Source of the DNA: Lachnospiraceae bacterium
Lineage (GTDB): Bacteria; Bacillota; Clostridia; Lachnospirales; Lachnospiraceae
Reading direction: 5' to 3'
Length of the DNA stretch: 37,218 nt
NCBI GenBank assembly: GCA_014804225.1
Contig: JAAVAF010000052.1
Span: forward strand, 1 to 37,218
Positions 17,661 through 27,135 of this stretch are shown piece after piece. A model generated the notes under the pieces. The model worked only from the letters and a program-made list of their open reading frames with translations. It was not told the origin of the DNA and did not search any database. Numbering within the stretch: the stretch's first letter is position 1; every line of letters starts with the position of its first letter. A program made the position numbers and the translations under genes.

Positions 17661-18114
17661 TTAAACCAATATCGGCTGTATTTTCTCGATAATAATTTCT
17701 ACTTCCTCAATGCTCTTTTTAACAACTTCTGCTATCTGCTCAGATGTATACCCTTTTTCATGCATAGTCACTATTACATCTGCTAAAGTATTATCTCTAA
17801 TTCCCTGACTCAAATTACACATTGCGCTCACATCCTCTCTTATTTTAGCATCTATCGGAATACCATACTCTATTTCTATAATTCCTAATTTTTCATCAGT
17901 GGACAATTCTGTCGACAATAACGCATTCAGTAAACGATGCAACTCATACTTCTCATCATGCGCTGGAAGATCTTTTGCTATACCTATCAACAGTCTTTAC
18001 CAAGATATGCGCCAAAATGATTTTATTTCCCAACAGGCGTTTTGCCTTTTCATCGTACTGAGCATCTTTATCAGTTGCATTTACCGCATTTTTTATTTCT
18101 GTGTACACAGCCAT
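17661..18114 (-). pseudogene. PD-(D/E)XK/Rpn-like gene with an internal deletion and frameshift; intact internal small ORF 17822->17661 (53 aa, MCNLSQGI..)
   Basis: The N-terminus (..AQYDEKAKRLLGNKIILAHILVKTVD) is joined out of frame at ~17986-17990 to the C-terminus (IGIAKD..REDVSAMCNLSQGI..EQIAEVVKKSIEEV). GAGAGG lies 11 nt before ATG 17822. Confidence 0.72.
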
Positions 18115-18177
18115 ACCCCCTTTTGTGCATTTGTCAAAACGCAAAAGTCATTCCAAAAAGTGCACGACCTCAAGGTT

Positions 18178-18206
18178 ATTATATCCCGAATTTACTGCCG
18201 AAACAA
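18178..18206 (-). promoter_or_regulatory. Sigma-A promoter of Rpn-like remnant 2
   Basis: TTGTTT (18201-18206), 17 bp, TATAAT (18178-18183). Confidence 0.55.
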
Positions 18207-18245
18207 CCGAAACTTCTCAAAAAATTGACATATGATTTTATCCTT

Positions 18246-18824
18246 TTACACAAGTCCCGCCTTTTTTAACCGTTTCTTTATCTGTGGTCCCACAAGCATC
18301 GCAATCACCATTTTTGCAAGATCACCGGGGATAAACGGAATGACACCTGCCATCAACGCTTCCCGGAAGGTCATACTTGCCTGATACGTAAGCCACACGG
18401 TTCCGAACAGATACAGCACTGCTGTTGCCAACACCATTCCCAAAAAACACACCGGCACCTTGTTTGTCCTATCAATCACAACCCCGCAAATCAGCGTCAT
18501 AAAGATATACCCAATCAGATATCCTCCCGTTGGTCCTAAAAGCTTCGCCGGTCCGCTTGAAAATCCCGTAAATACCGGAAGTCCGACAAGCCCGATTAAC
18601 AGATAAACGCAGCAGCTTATCGTTCCCTTTTTCATGCCGAGCACATACGGTATAAAATAAATTGCAAGCGTTCCCAGTGAAATCGGCACGGGACTTACGG
18701 GCAATGTCAGCGACATTGGTCCCATAATGCAGATAATCGCGGTCATTACGCCGATTACTGTAATCGTTTTTGTGTTTAACTTTGCTGTAGATTCTTTCTT
18801 TTTTGTTATTGTTGCTTCTGTCAT
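18246..18824 (-). CDS. bioY: Biotin ECF transporter S component BioY
   Basis: Motifs PVPISLGT, GLVGLPVFTG, GPTGGYLIGY and PFIPGDLAK; hydrophobic; BirA-type operators upstream. Confidence 0.95.
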   Translation of the reverse strand: MTEATITKKKESTAKLNTKTITVIGVMTAIICIMGPMSLTLPVSPVPISLGTLAIYFIPYVLGMKKGTISCCVYLLIGLVGLPVFTGFSSGPAKLLGPTGGYLIGYIFMTLICGVVIDRTNKVPVCFLGMVLATAVLYLFGTVWLTYQASMTFREALMAGVIPFIPGDLAKMVIAMLVGPQIKKRLKKAGLV

Positions 18825-18878
18825 TGTGTTTTACTCCTCTTCTCTTTCTGTTGTGTGACATTATGACTAGACAACTAA

Positions 18879-18956
18879 TTGTCAACCATTATTTGTTATT
18901 AAGTTTACAATCATGCAAAGAAAATGTCAACCTATTTTTTATCATAGGTTGACATT
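18879..18956 (-). promoter_or_regulatory. Two tandem BirA-type operators overlapping the bioY promoter
   Basis: TTGTCAAC-N16-GTTTACAA (18879-18910) and TGTCAAC-N16-GTTGACA (18925-18954). Minus-strand promoter TTGACA (18925-18930), 17 bp, TAAACT (18902-18907). Confidence 0.85.
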
Positions 18957-18972
18957 TATTCAAATCACTTTA

Positions 18973-21900
18973 TTATAAATGCTTTATCCGAATACTTCCA
19001 CCATTGACTTCATATGTTTCTCCCGCGCCGGTTTCTATGGTATATATGACTGACATTTTATAGCTTTTGCCGGATTGCAACATTTCGGGCTGCGTCTCTT
19101 TGACATAAAATTCCGGATTTATAATCGACATATCGTAACCAATGCGCTGCAGTGCAAAACAGCTGCTGTACGCTCCGACAAGACGCGCACCCTTTACTCT
19201 GTGGCTATCGCCAAGCTTCGTAAAGTCTGTTGTCACGCTCACAATATCATCGGTTGACGCTTTTTTTTCTGTATTTGCCCGGACGGTTCCATTGATCATC
19301 TTCACTTTCAGTGTCAAGGTTTTTAATGCTTTTTTCTCTCCGGAAGTGTTCTCTGTGTAGTACGGTGTCAGCCGATAACGGTACGTGCCCGCTTTCGCTT
19401 TTAACGCTTCGCTTCCCGTAATGCTTACCGTGACTTGATGGCCCTCGTGCACAAGCACAATTTGATTTTCCTCCATAAGCTGCTGCGATTTTTTGTCCGT
19501 GCCCTCAATCACCACGTCCGAGAGCACCGCTTCTTCGCAGTTTTTGGGCAAGAGTGTTACCACTGCTTTGTCGCTGTATGCCGTGTTAAACACGATGCTG
19601 TTCTTATCTGCAGACACGGACGGTTTTACATTTGTAATCACAGGCGTCGTCCGCTCCACGCTGCCCCCTAAAGATCCCACTTTTGTGTTTGTATTGACAG
19701 CTGTCTCTGCAGCAATCACTGCAGGCTCCGTTTTCTTAGCGTTTTTATGTACTACCTTTACTTTCAGCGGATAAACATACGACTCATCCGTATGGTACGT
19801 TGTAACTTTAAGGTTACACCGATAGGTACCCTTGGAAACGTTAGAAACAGGTCTTACAAGATATCCCTGTGCACCGTAACCGCAAATCTCAAAAGATTCT
19901 GACGGCTTCTGCGCATCATTGTCTAACAGCTCTACGCTCTTGATATACTGTCCCTCGCCCGCTGCAATTTCGATTGCTCCGTACTGTTTTGCCAAAAGTT
20001 CTTTGTCATGACTGTCTTTATAATTATACGCTGTGTTTACGGTAATCCGCTTTTTTGACACCTTAGGTGTATCGCCGCTTGCTGTCACTGTCTGCTGTGT
20101 CAAATCGGCATCACTGTCTGCTTCATTCCCCTCTTTTAGCTTATCGGCTCCATAATATACCTTTATGCTGCTCTTATCTGTATAATATGCATCGCCTGTA
20201 GAAACTACTTCAAACGTATAAGGCTCTGCACTTTCTGTCAATTTATAGACGGTCGTTTCGGGATTTTTCCATTCCCAGCCCGCACCGAGATATTCCGCAA
20301 GCGCGATTTCTTTTAATTTTAATTTCTTTTTTGTATCATTGACAACAATCTCGGATGTCTTCTTCTCAGGAACCGGCTTTACCCGGATTTGACAGGTCGC
20401 CTGTTGTCCCGCCAGTATACCGTATTCCGCAATCGGCGTCACTGTAACGGTTGCGACTCCCGCACCGACCGGATTTATGACACCTCTGTCATTTATTTCG
20501 ATTACATCGGTATTCGACGAACTCCATTGAAACCGTTGTGCATCAAAGCGCTCCGACGGAATGATTGCGCCGTTTATCTCATAGCAAATACCGTCTTTTA
20601 GGGCAATTTCATATGTGTCATCTTTCTTTATCGCCGGATATCTTGCATCCTTTGCATAAAGTCCGGTAATCTCAAAACGCTCGGGTGCTGCCGTTACACG
20701 CACGGCAACAGGAATTGCAATGCCGTCTTTTTTCAGCATAATGCCTGTTCTTCCCACGCCCATCCCTTTGATTGCACCGCCGGAAAGCTCCGCTACCGTC
20801 TGTTTATCGGACGCTGCCTCATAGTCCGTAAGCTCCGTGAGCGTGCCGTCGGGTAATACCTCGCAAAACGCGATATCGCGAGTATATCCTTTATAGAGTT
20901 CTATATTCTTTATCTCTTTTCCAAGACTTCCGTCTAATCCCTTTTCCACTGCCGCATACGATTTTACGCACACATTACACTGTGCAGAAATTTCTTCTGA
21001 ATACGCAGAAACCGCTGTGATAATCGCCTCTCCCTGAGAGATTGCGGATACGGTTCCGTCCTTATCCACAGTTGCAACGGATTCGTCGCTGCTTTTCCAC
21101 ACGATATCCTGCGATGCCGTATCGGGTAATACTTGTGCCGCTAACCTGACACTTGTGTCAGTTTGTATGTTCTGTGTCTGCGGAATGCTGATGCTTTCGG
21201 GAAGCTGTGCGCTCTTTGTGGTAAACGAATACTGCGGCTCAAGATATGCCGCCTCTCCCGCATAGCACCCGCCGATTACCGTTTCCATTACCTTAAAAGA
21301 TACGCCTGTCACCGTATAGGTTGTTTCAGGTGACAGTCCCTCAAAGCATACATCTGCTGTGTAATCGTTTGCTGACGAAAGTTCAGTCTCCTCGACAAAG
21401 GTCTGATTCGCTTGGTCAGAAGAAAGCGTGATTTCCGCTTTCAGATTTTTGATATCCTGTGCACCTGTCGCTTTGATGGTAAGCTGCTCGCGCCCTGCTG
21501 TGCTGTTTGCCTCATCAGCCGTAATTTCGAGTGATAGGTCCACACCCTTTGTGGTAATTGTGCCAAACTGCTGCATCTCTTCGTCAATCTCCGACAAAGA
21601 CGCATCATAACCGTTGTCGCTCACTGCCACAATATAATAATATTCTGTCGCGGGCTTTAAATCTTTGATAAAGGTGAGGATTCCTCCCGTGGTGCCGCTG
21701 ATTAAAAAGGACTCGTCGCTTTTCGTCCACTTATCCGAGGTACTCTCACAATAAAATACATATATGTAAGAGGTCGTGTTAATCGGATTGTTGGTCAGCG
21801 CCGCTTTTAATGAAATATACGAATAGCCGCTGTTTGCACTAACATTGGTAAGACCTCTTGCATCCGCCTGTGTCAATACTTCTCCCGAGTAGGTTCCCTG

Positions 21901-24900
21901 TAATTTGTCGGACGCCGTAGGAAATGCAATATCGCTCACACCCACCACAAATTCGTAAATGGTATCTGCATTCAAATCGTCGCTCAAATAGCTTGTAAGT
22001 TCAAAGCCGCACTCCGTCTGTCCCTTTTCCAAAAGACTGCTTCGAATATCCCAGTCCTCCTCATTCTTTTCCTTAAAGAACAGCACGGCGTATTGATTGT
22101 CAAAATCGGTTTCGCCCTCAATCGATGCCTGCACGATAAAGTTGTGCGCACCTGCGGTCAGTGATGTAACGCCCATTCGCACGCCGTCAATCTTTGCATC
22201 AAACGTGAAGGTGAAGGTGCCGTACTCGCCGCCTTTGATATCCCGGAAGGAAATCGTGTAGGTTGTTTTATCGTCAAGCGCCGCAAGCGTACGGTTTTCG
22301 GTTTTGTAACCTTTTGACTTGTAAAGGTTAAAGCTGTCGCCCCATTTTTGGTACTCGCCACCCTCTGGGCAGAGATAGGTAAAGAGCGTGATGTCGTTTG
22401 AAATATTTTCGGTTCTGCCGCCTATGCCAATGCTGTATGTAATCGCATCTGCTGTAACGCCTGTAATCTCAACACTCACTTCAGAAGTGCCTGTTGTAAC
22501 AAGCTGATAGATTGTATGGGACAATGTAGAACCGGTGTAGAGCTCCCATTTAAATCCATACTGTGTATTCGGCGACAACATCATAAAGTCTGCCGCCTGT
22601 ACGGATACCGTGTAGTCCTGTGCTGCCGTAAGATTCGTTTTTCCCGTCGCATCGGCGTACAGCTTTGTCTCGGAATTGTAGTAATAGAGCTTGACACTGT
22701 ATGCCGTGTTCTTTTGCAGCTGCGCGCTATTTAACCGATAGGAAACAATCGTATCATACGCTCCAGTATCGTCCGAAAGCTCCGGCGTTATCGCTGCTGT
22801 TCCGATTTGGAAGGTTCCTCTTTTTACCACGCCCGAGAGCCGGACTTCATATTCATACACGGCACCTTCCTGAAGATTTTTCAGTGTGCCTGTTGTTTTT
22901 CCCTTTCGAACGGACAAATTGATGACTTCATATTCACCAAGCGAATCTTTCATTCGGTATTTGAGCTTGCCGTTTACCGTTTTTAAATAGTCCTCTATTG
23001 TAATGGTGTAATCCGCCGTGTTTGACTTTGTTTTATTTTTAACAATCTGTACTTTCAGTGCACTTTCGGGGAACGGCGGCTTATCGGTCGTAATCGTTCT
23101 TGCCGTTTCCTTAAAGTGACCGGTGTAGCCGGGTTCGTTGATCCACGCCCTGACGGTATACTGCTTTGACGCTTCCAAATCGTCCACGATCGCTTTGATG
23201 ACCCACTTTTCCAGTCCCTTTGTGTCCACCTTCTCCATACCGGAAGCAACGGACTTTAGATCCTCGTCAAGCACCTCATAGCAAAGATTAAAAGACGATG
23301 GCACTTTTCCCGTGTATGAGGCGATGTCTGCTTCTATGGAAATGCTGTCGGGACCTGTCGCTTTGACTGCGTACGTCACTTTGGCAGGATACTCTTTGGT
23401 ATCAACGGTGGTATACGCTGTGACCACGCCGCTTGCATTGTAAAATTCAAAGTAATAAGTGGTGGCTGGCTCCAGACCGGAAACGCTAATCTGTCCTAAA
23501 CCGCTAATGTACTTTGACAACGATACTTCTTGTTCATATTCTCCAAGCGGTCCGTAATGAACTCTCGTCACAGGATCAACCGCTTCAACACTAATCGTAA
23601 TACTCTCATAAGTAGACGAAGTGCCTCTAAAAATGACATTCTCTCTGGACGCGCCTGTCTGCAGCTTGATTGCATTCGAATCAGACACAAGCACTGCCTC
23701 GAGTGCCTTTGTGCCGCTGTTTAAAAGATACATGGTAAAACTGTATTCCTGTGAGGAAGTCAGTCCGTTGATGCCCTTTTCCTTCTTCACATTGGGACTT
23801 ATGGTTTCCTCTGCGTATTGATATCCTACGTCACCGTTTCCGTAAACAATCTGCCAAATATAAGTTTCGTTCAAACCGGCTCCGGATTTATCGGAGAGTG
23901 TAATGTCCGTACTGACGGTGCGGCTTGCCGGCTTCCAGCCGATATTTGCCGTAATCGCCGATGTCGATGCCGTATATCCGCCGTCTGTTTCCGAAACGGA
24001 TGCAACGGATGCTTTTTTTACACCAAATTTGATACTTTTATCTGCGGCTGCGTCATCGCTTAAACAAATCGCGGGATAAACGCTCTGACCTTTTTCGAGA
24101 TACAACAGAAAATATCTTACATTGTCCCGATAGGTTCTTTGTCTTATCTGATTTTTCTTACTTGCACTGTCATAAATGGTATTTGTAACACCGTCGACGT
24201 TTGCCCCGTCGACAAAAAAGTTGTAATAACCTGCACTCGAAGCTGTGAATTTAAAAAGCTGTTCGGCTGCATTTGATGCTCGCAGCGTAATGTCTGTCGT
24301 TTGTCCGGCTTTGATGGTTTTGCTGTTTTTTTCGTCCTCGTCTTTTTCCTTATTTTTTTCTGTGTCAGTCTCCTGTTCAGACACTGCTTCAACGGATGTC
24401 GGAACAGGTGCTGTTTCCGGTTTTGTCTCTTTCTCTTTTTTAATTTCCTCAATTTTATCCGGCTCGGGTTTTTTATTGTCCTCTTCTGGCTTTTGTTCCG
24501 TCTGCGTTTCACTTGGTTTTGGCTTTTCCTCCGATTCATCCGGTTTTTGCGGTGCCTTACTTTCCTCCGGTTTTTCCTCTTTATCGGGTTCTGTAGGTTT
24601 TGGCTCGGGTTCCGGGTCTGGTTTGGGGTCCGGCTCGGGATCGGGAGTTGGTTCCGGGTCTGGTTCGGGCTCCGGGTCCGGTTTGGGGTCTGGCTCGGGA
24701 TCGGGAGTTGGTTCCGGGTCCGGCTCGGGTTCCGGGTCCGGTTTGGGCTCCGGCTCGGGTTCCGGGTCTGGTTTGGGGTCCGGCTTCGGCTCGGGTTCCG
24801 GGTCTGGCTTTGGATCCTCTTCCTTTTTATTTTCTTCTTTATCTTCTTTCTTTTCTTCCCCGTCATCATCAAACGAAATCATTTCTGCGCGTTCTGCCTT

Positions 24901-24993
24901 TATCTCGACAGATTCTTTTGCAAAGGTTGTTTGCGGTATACTTGCAGCTACCAGACAACTACACAGTAATATTACCAATCCTCTGTAAAGCAT
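18973..24993 (-). CDS. Large secreted/surface protein with Pro-Glu/Asp stalk, multiple Fn3-like and Big_2 Ig-like domains (2006 aa)
   Basis: Signal peptide (..TTFA-KE), PEPDP repeats, recurrent GL.P.T.Y motifs, and Ig-like signatures IVWKSSDESVATVDKDGTVSA and WSSSNTDVIEI. Confidence 0.85.
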   Translation of the reverse strand: MLYRGLVILLCSCLVAASIPQTTFAKESVEIKAERAEMISFDDDGEEKKEDKEENKKEEDPKPDPEPEPKPDPKPDPEPEPEPKPDPEPEPDPEPTPDPEPDPKPDPEPEPDPEPTPDPEPDPKPDPEPEPKPTEPDKEEKPEESKAPQKPDESEEKPKPSETQTEQKPEEDNKKPEPDKIEEIKKEKETKPETAPVPTSVEAVSEQETDTEKNKEKDEDEKNSKTIKAGQTTDITLRASNAAEQLFKFTASSAGYYNFFVDGANVDGVTNTIYDSASKKNQIRQRTYRDNVRYFLLYLEKGQSVYPAICLSDDAAADKSIKFGVKKASVASVSETDGGYTASTSAITANIGWKPASRTVSTDITLSDKSGAGLNETYIWQIVYGNGDVGYQYAEETISPNVKKEKGINGLTSSQEYSFTMYLLNSGTKALEAVLVSDSNAIKLQTGASRENVIFRGTSSTYESITISVEAVDPVTRVHYGPLGEYEQEVSLSKYISGLGQISVSGLEPATTYYFEFYNASGVVTAYTTVDTKEYPAKVTYAVKATGPDSISIEADIASYTGKVPSSFNLCYEVLDEDLKSVASGMEKVDTKGLEKWVIKAIVDDLEASKQYTVRAWINEPGYTGHFKETARTITTDKPPFPESALKVQIVKNKTKSNTADYTITIEDYLKTVNGKLKYRMKDSLGEYEVINLSVRKGKTTGTLKNLQEGAVYEYEVRLSGVVKRGTFQIGTAAITPELSDDTGAYDTIVSYRLNSAQLQKNTAYSVKLYYYNSETKLYADATGKTNLTAAQDYTVSVQAADFMMLSPNTQYGFKWELYTGSTLSHTIYQLVTTGTSEVSVEITGVTADAITYSIGIGGRTENISNDITLFTYLCPEGGEYQKWGDSFNLYKSKGYKTENRTLAALDDKTTYTISFRDIKGGEYGTFTFTFDAKIDGVRMGVTSLTAGAHNFIVQASIEGETDFDNQYAVLFFKEKNEEDWDIRSSLLEKGQTECGFELTSYLSDDLNADTIYEFVVGVSDIAFPTASDKLQGTYSGEVLTQADARGLTNVSANSGYSYISLKAALTNNPINTTSYIYVFYCESTSDKWTKSDESFLISGTTGGILTFIKDLKPATEYYYIVAVSDNGYDASLSEIDEEMQQFGTITTKGVDLSLEITADEANSTAGREQLTIKATGAQDIKNLKAEITLSSDQANQTFVEETELSSANDYTADVCFEGLSPETTYTVTGVSFKVMETVIGGCYAGEAAYLEPQYSFTTKSAQLPESISIPQTQNIQTDTSVRLAAQVLPDTASQDIVWKSSDESVATVDKDGTVSAISQGEAIITAVSAYSEEISAQCNVCVKSYAAVEKGLDGSLGKEIKNIELYKGYTRDIAFCEVLPDGTLTELTDYEAASDKQTVAELSGGAIKGMGVGRTGIMLKKDGIAIPVAVRVTAAPERFEITGLYAKDARYPAIKKDDTYEIALKDGICYEINGAIIPSERFDAQRFQWSSSNTDVIEINDRGVINPVGAGVATVTVTPIAEYGILAGQQATCQIRVKPVPEKKTSEIVVNDTKKKLKLKEIALAEYLGAGWEWKNPETTVYKLTESAEPYTFEVVSTGDAYYTDKSSIKVYYGADKLKEGNEADSDADLTQQTVTASGDTPKVSKKRITVNTAYNYKDSHDKELLAKQYGAIEIAAGEGQYIKSVELLDNDAQKPSESFEICGYGAQGYLVRPVSNVSKGTYRCNLKVTTYHTDESYVYPLKVKVVHKNAKKTEPAVIAAETAVNTNTKVGSLGGSVERTTPVITNVKPSVSADKNSIVFNTAYSDKAVVTLLPKNCEEAVLSDVVIEGTDKKSQQLMEENQIVLVHEGHQVTVSITGSEALKAKAGTYRYRLTPYYTENTSGEKKALKTLTLKVKMINGTVRANTEKKASTDDIVSVTTDFTKLGDSHRVKGARLVGAYSSCFALQRIGYDMSIINPEFYVKETQPEMLQSGKSYKMSVIYTIETGAGETYEVNGGSIRIKHL
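24597..24818 (-). repeat. Pro-rich coding repeat: 6-bp units inside a 60-bp higher-order duplication
   Basis: 24601-24660 and 24661-24720 are near-identical 60-mers, and 24721-24780 is related. Confidence 0.9.
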
Positions 24994-25150
24994 TTGATTT
25001 CCCCCTTCCAGTTCTTTAATTCTATAAACAATTGCGTTGATATATCTCTATCTATTTTATATTTCAATAAGTTTTACATTTTATTATAATCTTTTTTCCA
25101 GAAAATGGAAATAGATTGTGAAAATTTTGTTAAACAAAGTTTGTTTTTTC

Positions 25151-25720
25151 TTAGATTTCACAAAACGGTTTGACTTTTGGCTGGTTTGAGAGATGTTCTC
25201 CAATCATTTTTTCCATCCACACCATGTCATACCAACGGTCAAATTTATAGCCGCATGCATGAAAATGTGCAACCAACCGATAACCGCATTTTTCATGAAA
25301 CGCCACGCTGTCATTGGTCAAATGCGCGTCCTCGACATCTGTGTATGCGATACACGCATTTAAATTCAGGATTCCCTGCGCCTTTAATGCACTTTCAAGC
25401 CGTTCATACAACATTGCACCGATACCGCCGCGCCTGTTTTTTTCTTTGATATAAATCGATGTTTCGACCGACCAGTCATATGCCGCCTGTGATTTAAATC
25501 TGCCCGCATAGGTATAACCGACAATCTCGTTGTACACTTCCGCCACAAAATAGGGATATTTCTCTAAAGTATTCTCAATGCGCGCTGAAAATTCCCGAAT
25601 GGACGGAACTTCGCGTTCAAAGCTGATTGCCGTATTTTGGACATAGGAGGCGTATATTTCCAGAATCTGCGGCGCATCAGACGGCACCGCTTTTCGAATG
25701 GTAATATTCATGTTGTGCAT
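25151..25720 (-). CDS. GNAT N-acetyltransferase, phosphinothricin/methionine-sulfoximine acetyltransferase-like
   Basis: Motifs TAISFE, AYDWSVETSIY, RRGGIG, NDSVAFHEKCGY and GYKFDRWYD. The start could be ATG 25711. Confidence 0.9.
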   Translation of the reverse strand: MHNMNITIRKAVPSDAPQILEIYASYVQNTAISFEREVPSIREFSARIENTLEKYPYFVAEVYNEIVGYTYAGRFKSQAAYDWSVETSIYIKEKNRRGGIGAMLYERLESALKAQGILNLNACIAYTDVEDAHLTNDSVAFHEKCGYRLVAHFHACGYKFDRWYDMVWMEKMIGEHLSNQPKVKPFCEI

Positions 25721-25952
25721 TTCTCCCTTTTATCAATGAAAAAATCTGTTTTTTCTTTTGTCTGCATAAGTATATCATAGGAATTCTGTTTTTAAAATAC
25801 AGTCCATCCCTTTTTCGTAAACTTTTAACGTTTTTGATAACTTTAGGATTGCATTTCCATAAATTGCTGTGTTATACTCTATTTATATCTTATGCGTATT
25901 TTAACGCTTTCACTTTATAAATTGTACGTCGGAAAGGATAAGGTGAATCATT

Positions 25953-26477
25953 ATGACAATAGGAAGTGTTTACGGCTATCAGCCTTACAATTCAATTTAT
26001 ACAAGCCCGATTGGAACGAGTCGGCAGCCACAGGATGTGAATCCTGTTTCAGGTGTTGAGGAAGAGAAAAAGAGCGCCAATCCGGACGAAGTAAAAAAAC
26101 CGGGGCGGAAATCTTCTCCCGCAGACTGTGAAACCTGTAAAAACCGCAAGTATCAGGACGGCTCTGATGAGGGTAACGTGTCATTTAAGTCACCGTCACA
26201 TATTTCTCCTGAGTCTGCTGCCGCAAAGGTCCGCGCACATGAGAACGAACACGTGTCTAATGCGTACAAGAAAGCTGCCAAGAAAAACGGCAAGGTGATG
26301 AATGCATCGGTTTCCATTCAAACCGCGATTTGTCCTGAGTGTGGTCGTACATATGTTTCGGGTGGTCTTACAAAAACTTCAATTAAATATAAAAATGAGG
26401 ATAATCCATATACCAAAAATCAAAAAGAGCTCGACGCACTTCAACTGCGCGGCGCAAACGTAGACTATGCCGCTTAA
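25953..26477 (+). CDS. Conserved hypothetical protein, SprA-related-like, with HExxH and two CxxC motifs
   Basis: VRAHENEH, CETC, CPEC and YVSGG motifs. RBS TAAGGTG; promoter TTGCAT-18-TATACT at 25849-25878. Confidence 0.75.
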   Translation: MTIGSVYGYQPYNSIYTSPIGTSRQPQDVNPVSGVEEEKKSANPDEVKKPGRKSSPADCETCKNRKYQDGSDEGNVSFKSPSHISPESAAAKVRAHENEHVSNAYKKAAKKNGKVMNASVSIQTAICPECGRTYVSGGLTKTSIKYKNEDNPYTKNQKELDALQLRGANVDYAA

Positions 26478-26499
26478 TTGACCTTTTGGGAAACTTTAC

Positions 26500-26534
26500 C
26501 CCCAATTCCTTAGAGCTTGGAATTGGGGTTTTTT
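26500..26534 (+). terminator. Intrinsic terminator
   Basis: CCCCAATTCC..GGAATTGGGG-TTTTTT. Confidence 0.8.
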
Positions 26535-26612
26535 ATTCTATAGGAAAGTGCGACAGCGTAAATCATTAAATCGAGTGCGCAACGCATGTATACGTTTGCA
26601 CTCGATTTTTTT
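26531..26612 (+). repeat. Modular structured intergenic repeat, copy 3 (lacks the GCGAAGC hairpin)
   Basis: Core at 26539-26567 has 1 mismatch to copies 1 and 2. It is followed by hairpin AAATCGAGTGC..GCACTCGATTT and a T run. Confidence 0.85.
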
Positions 26613-26634
26613 ATTAAGAATGGAGGAAAAACAT

Positions 26635-27078
26635 ATGGCAGAAGAACATAAGAAAGGGCTAAATGCCGAATTAATTGGAGATGATTTAGAACGTTGCTGC
26701 AGAGGCGGAGACGCATGCGGTCCGTGTCAGGGTAATCAGTGTACGATTGGCTTTGCAAAGCAGTGTATACAGGAGTATAAAAAAGCTCCCAAAAAAGAAG
26801 TTCCCGGTGGCGCAGACAATATTCCTACCATGGATTTTAAAGTATTTGATGAGACGGAACTTGAGACGGCAATTGCACATATTTTAAAGGAATGTAAAGA
26901 TTGTAAGGAGGATCATACGGAGGACTGTATTATCAATGTCATCCGCAACTGCTATGAAGTCGGTTTGTTGGGCGATATTCATCCATACGAGGGAAGTTCT
27001 TTGCAGTATTTAATGTATCTGAAAACGCATTTTGCAGAAAAGGCAGGACGGATTGCAGATATTTATACAAGTTTATAA
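26635..27078 (+). CDS. Cys-rich hypothetical protein (147 aa), probable metal or Fe-S binder
   Basis: RBS GGAGG before ATG 26635. Two related halves: CC-x5-CGPC-x4-CTIG..QC and CKDC-x3-H-x3-CIIN..NC. Confidence 0.8.
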   Translation: MAEEHKKGLNAELIGDDLERCCRGGDACGPCQGNQCTIGFAKQCIQEYKKAPKKEVPGGADNIPTMDFKVFDETELETAIAHILKECKDCKEDHTEDCIINVIRNCYEVGLLGDIHPYEGSSLQYLMYLKTHFAEKAGRIADIYTSL

Positions 27079-27096
27079 TGCAAATAAGAGCAAAAG

Positions 27097-27128
27097 AACA
27101 GCCGCTTTGATTTGGTGGCTGTTTTTTT
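27097..27128 (+). terminator. Intrinsic terminator
   Basis: AACAGCCGC..GTGGCTGTT followed by a T run. Confidence 0.75.
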
Positions 27129-27135
27129 ACTCTTA

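Noticed and set aside
24144-25019. Several long alternative-frame and antisense ORFs (GSGSG-rich and similar)
   Set aside because: Shadows of the Pro-Glu coding repeat of the 2006-aa gene.
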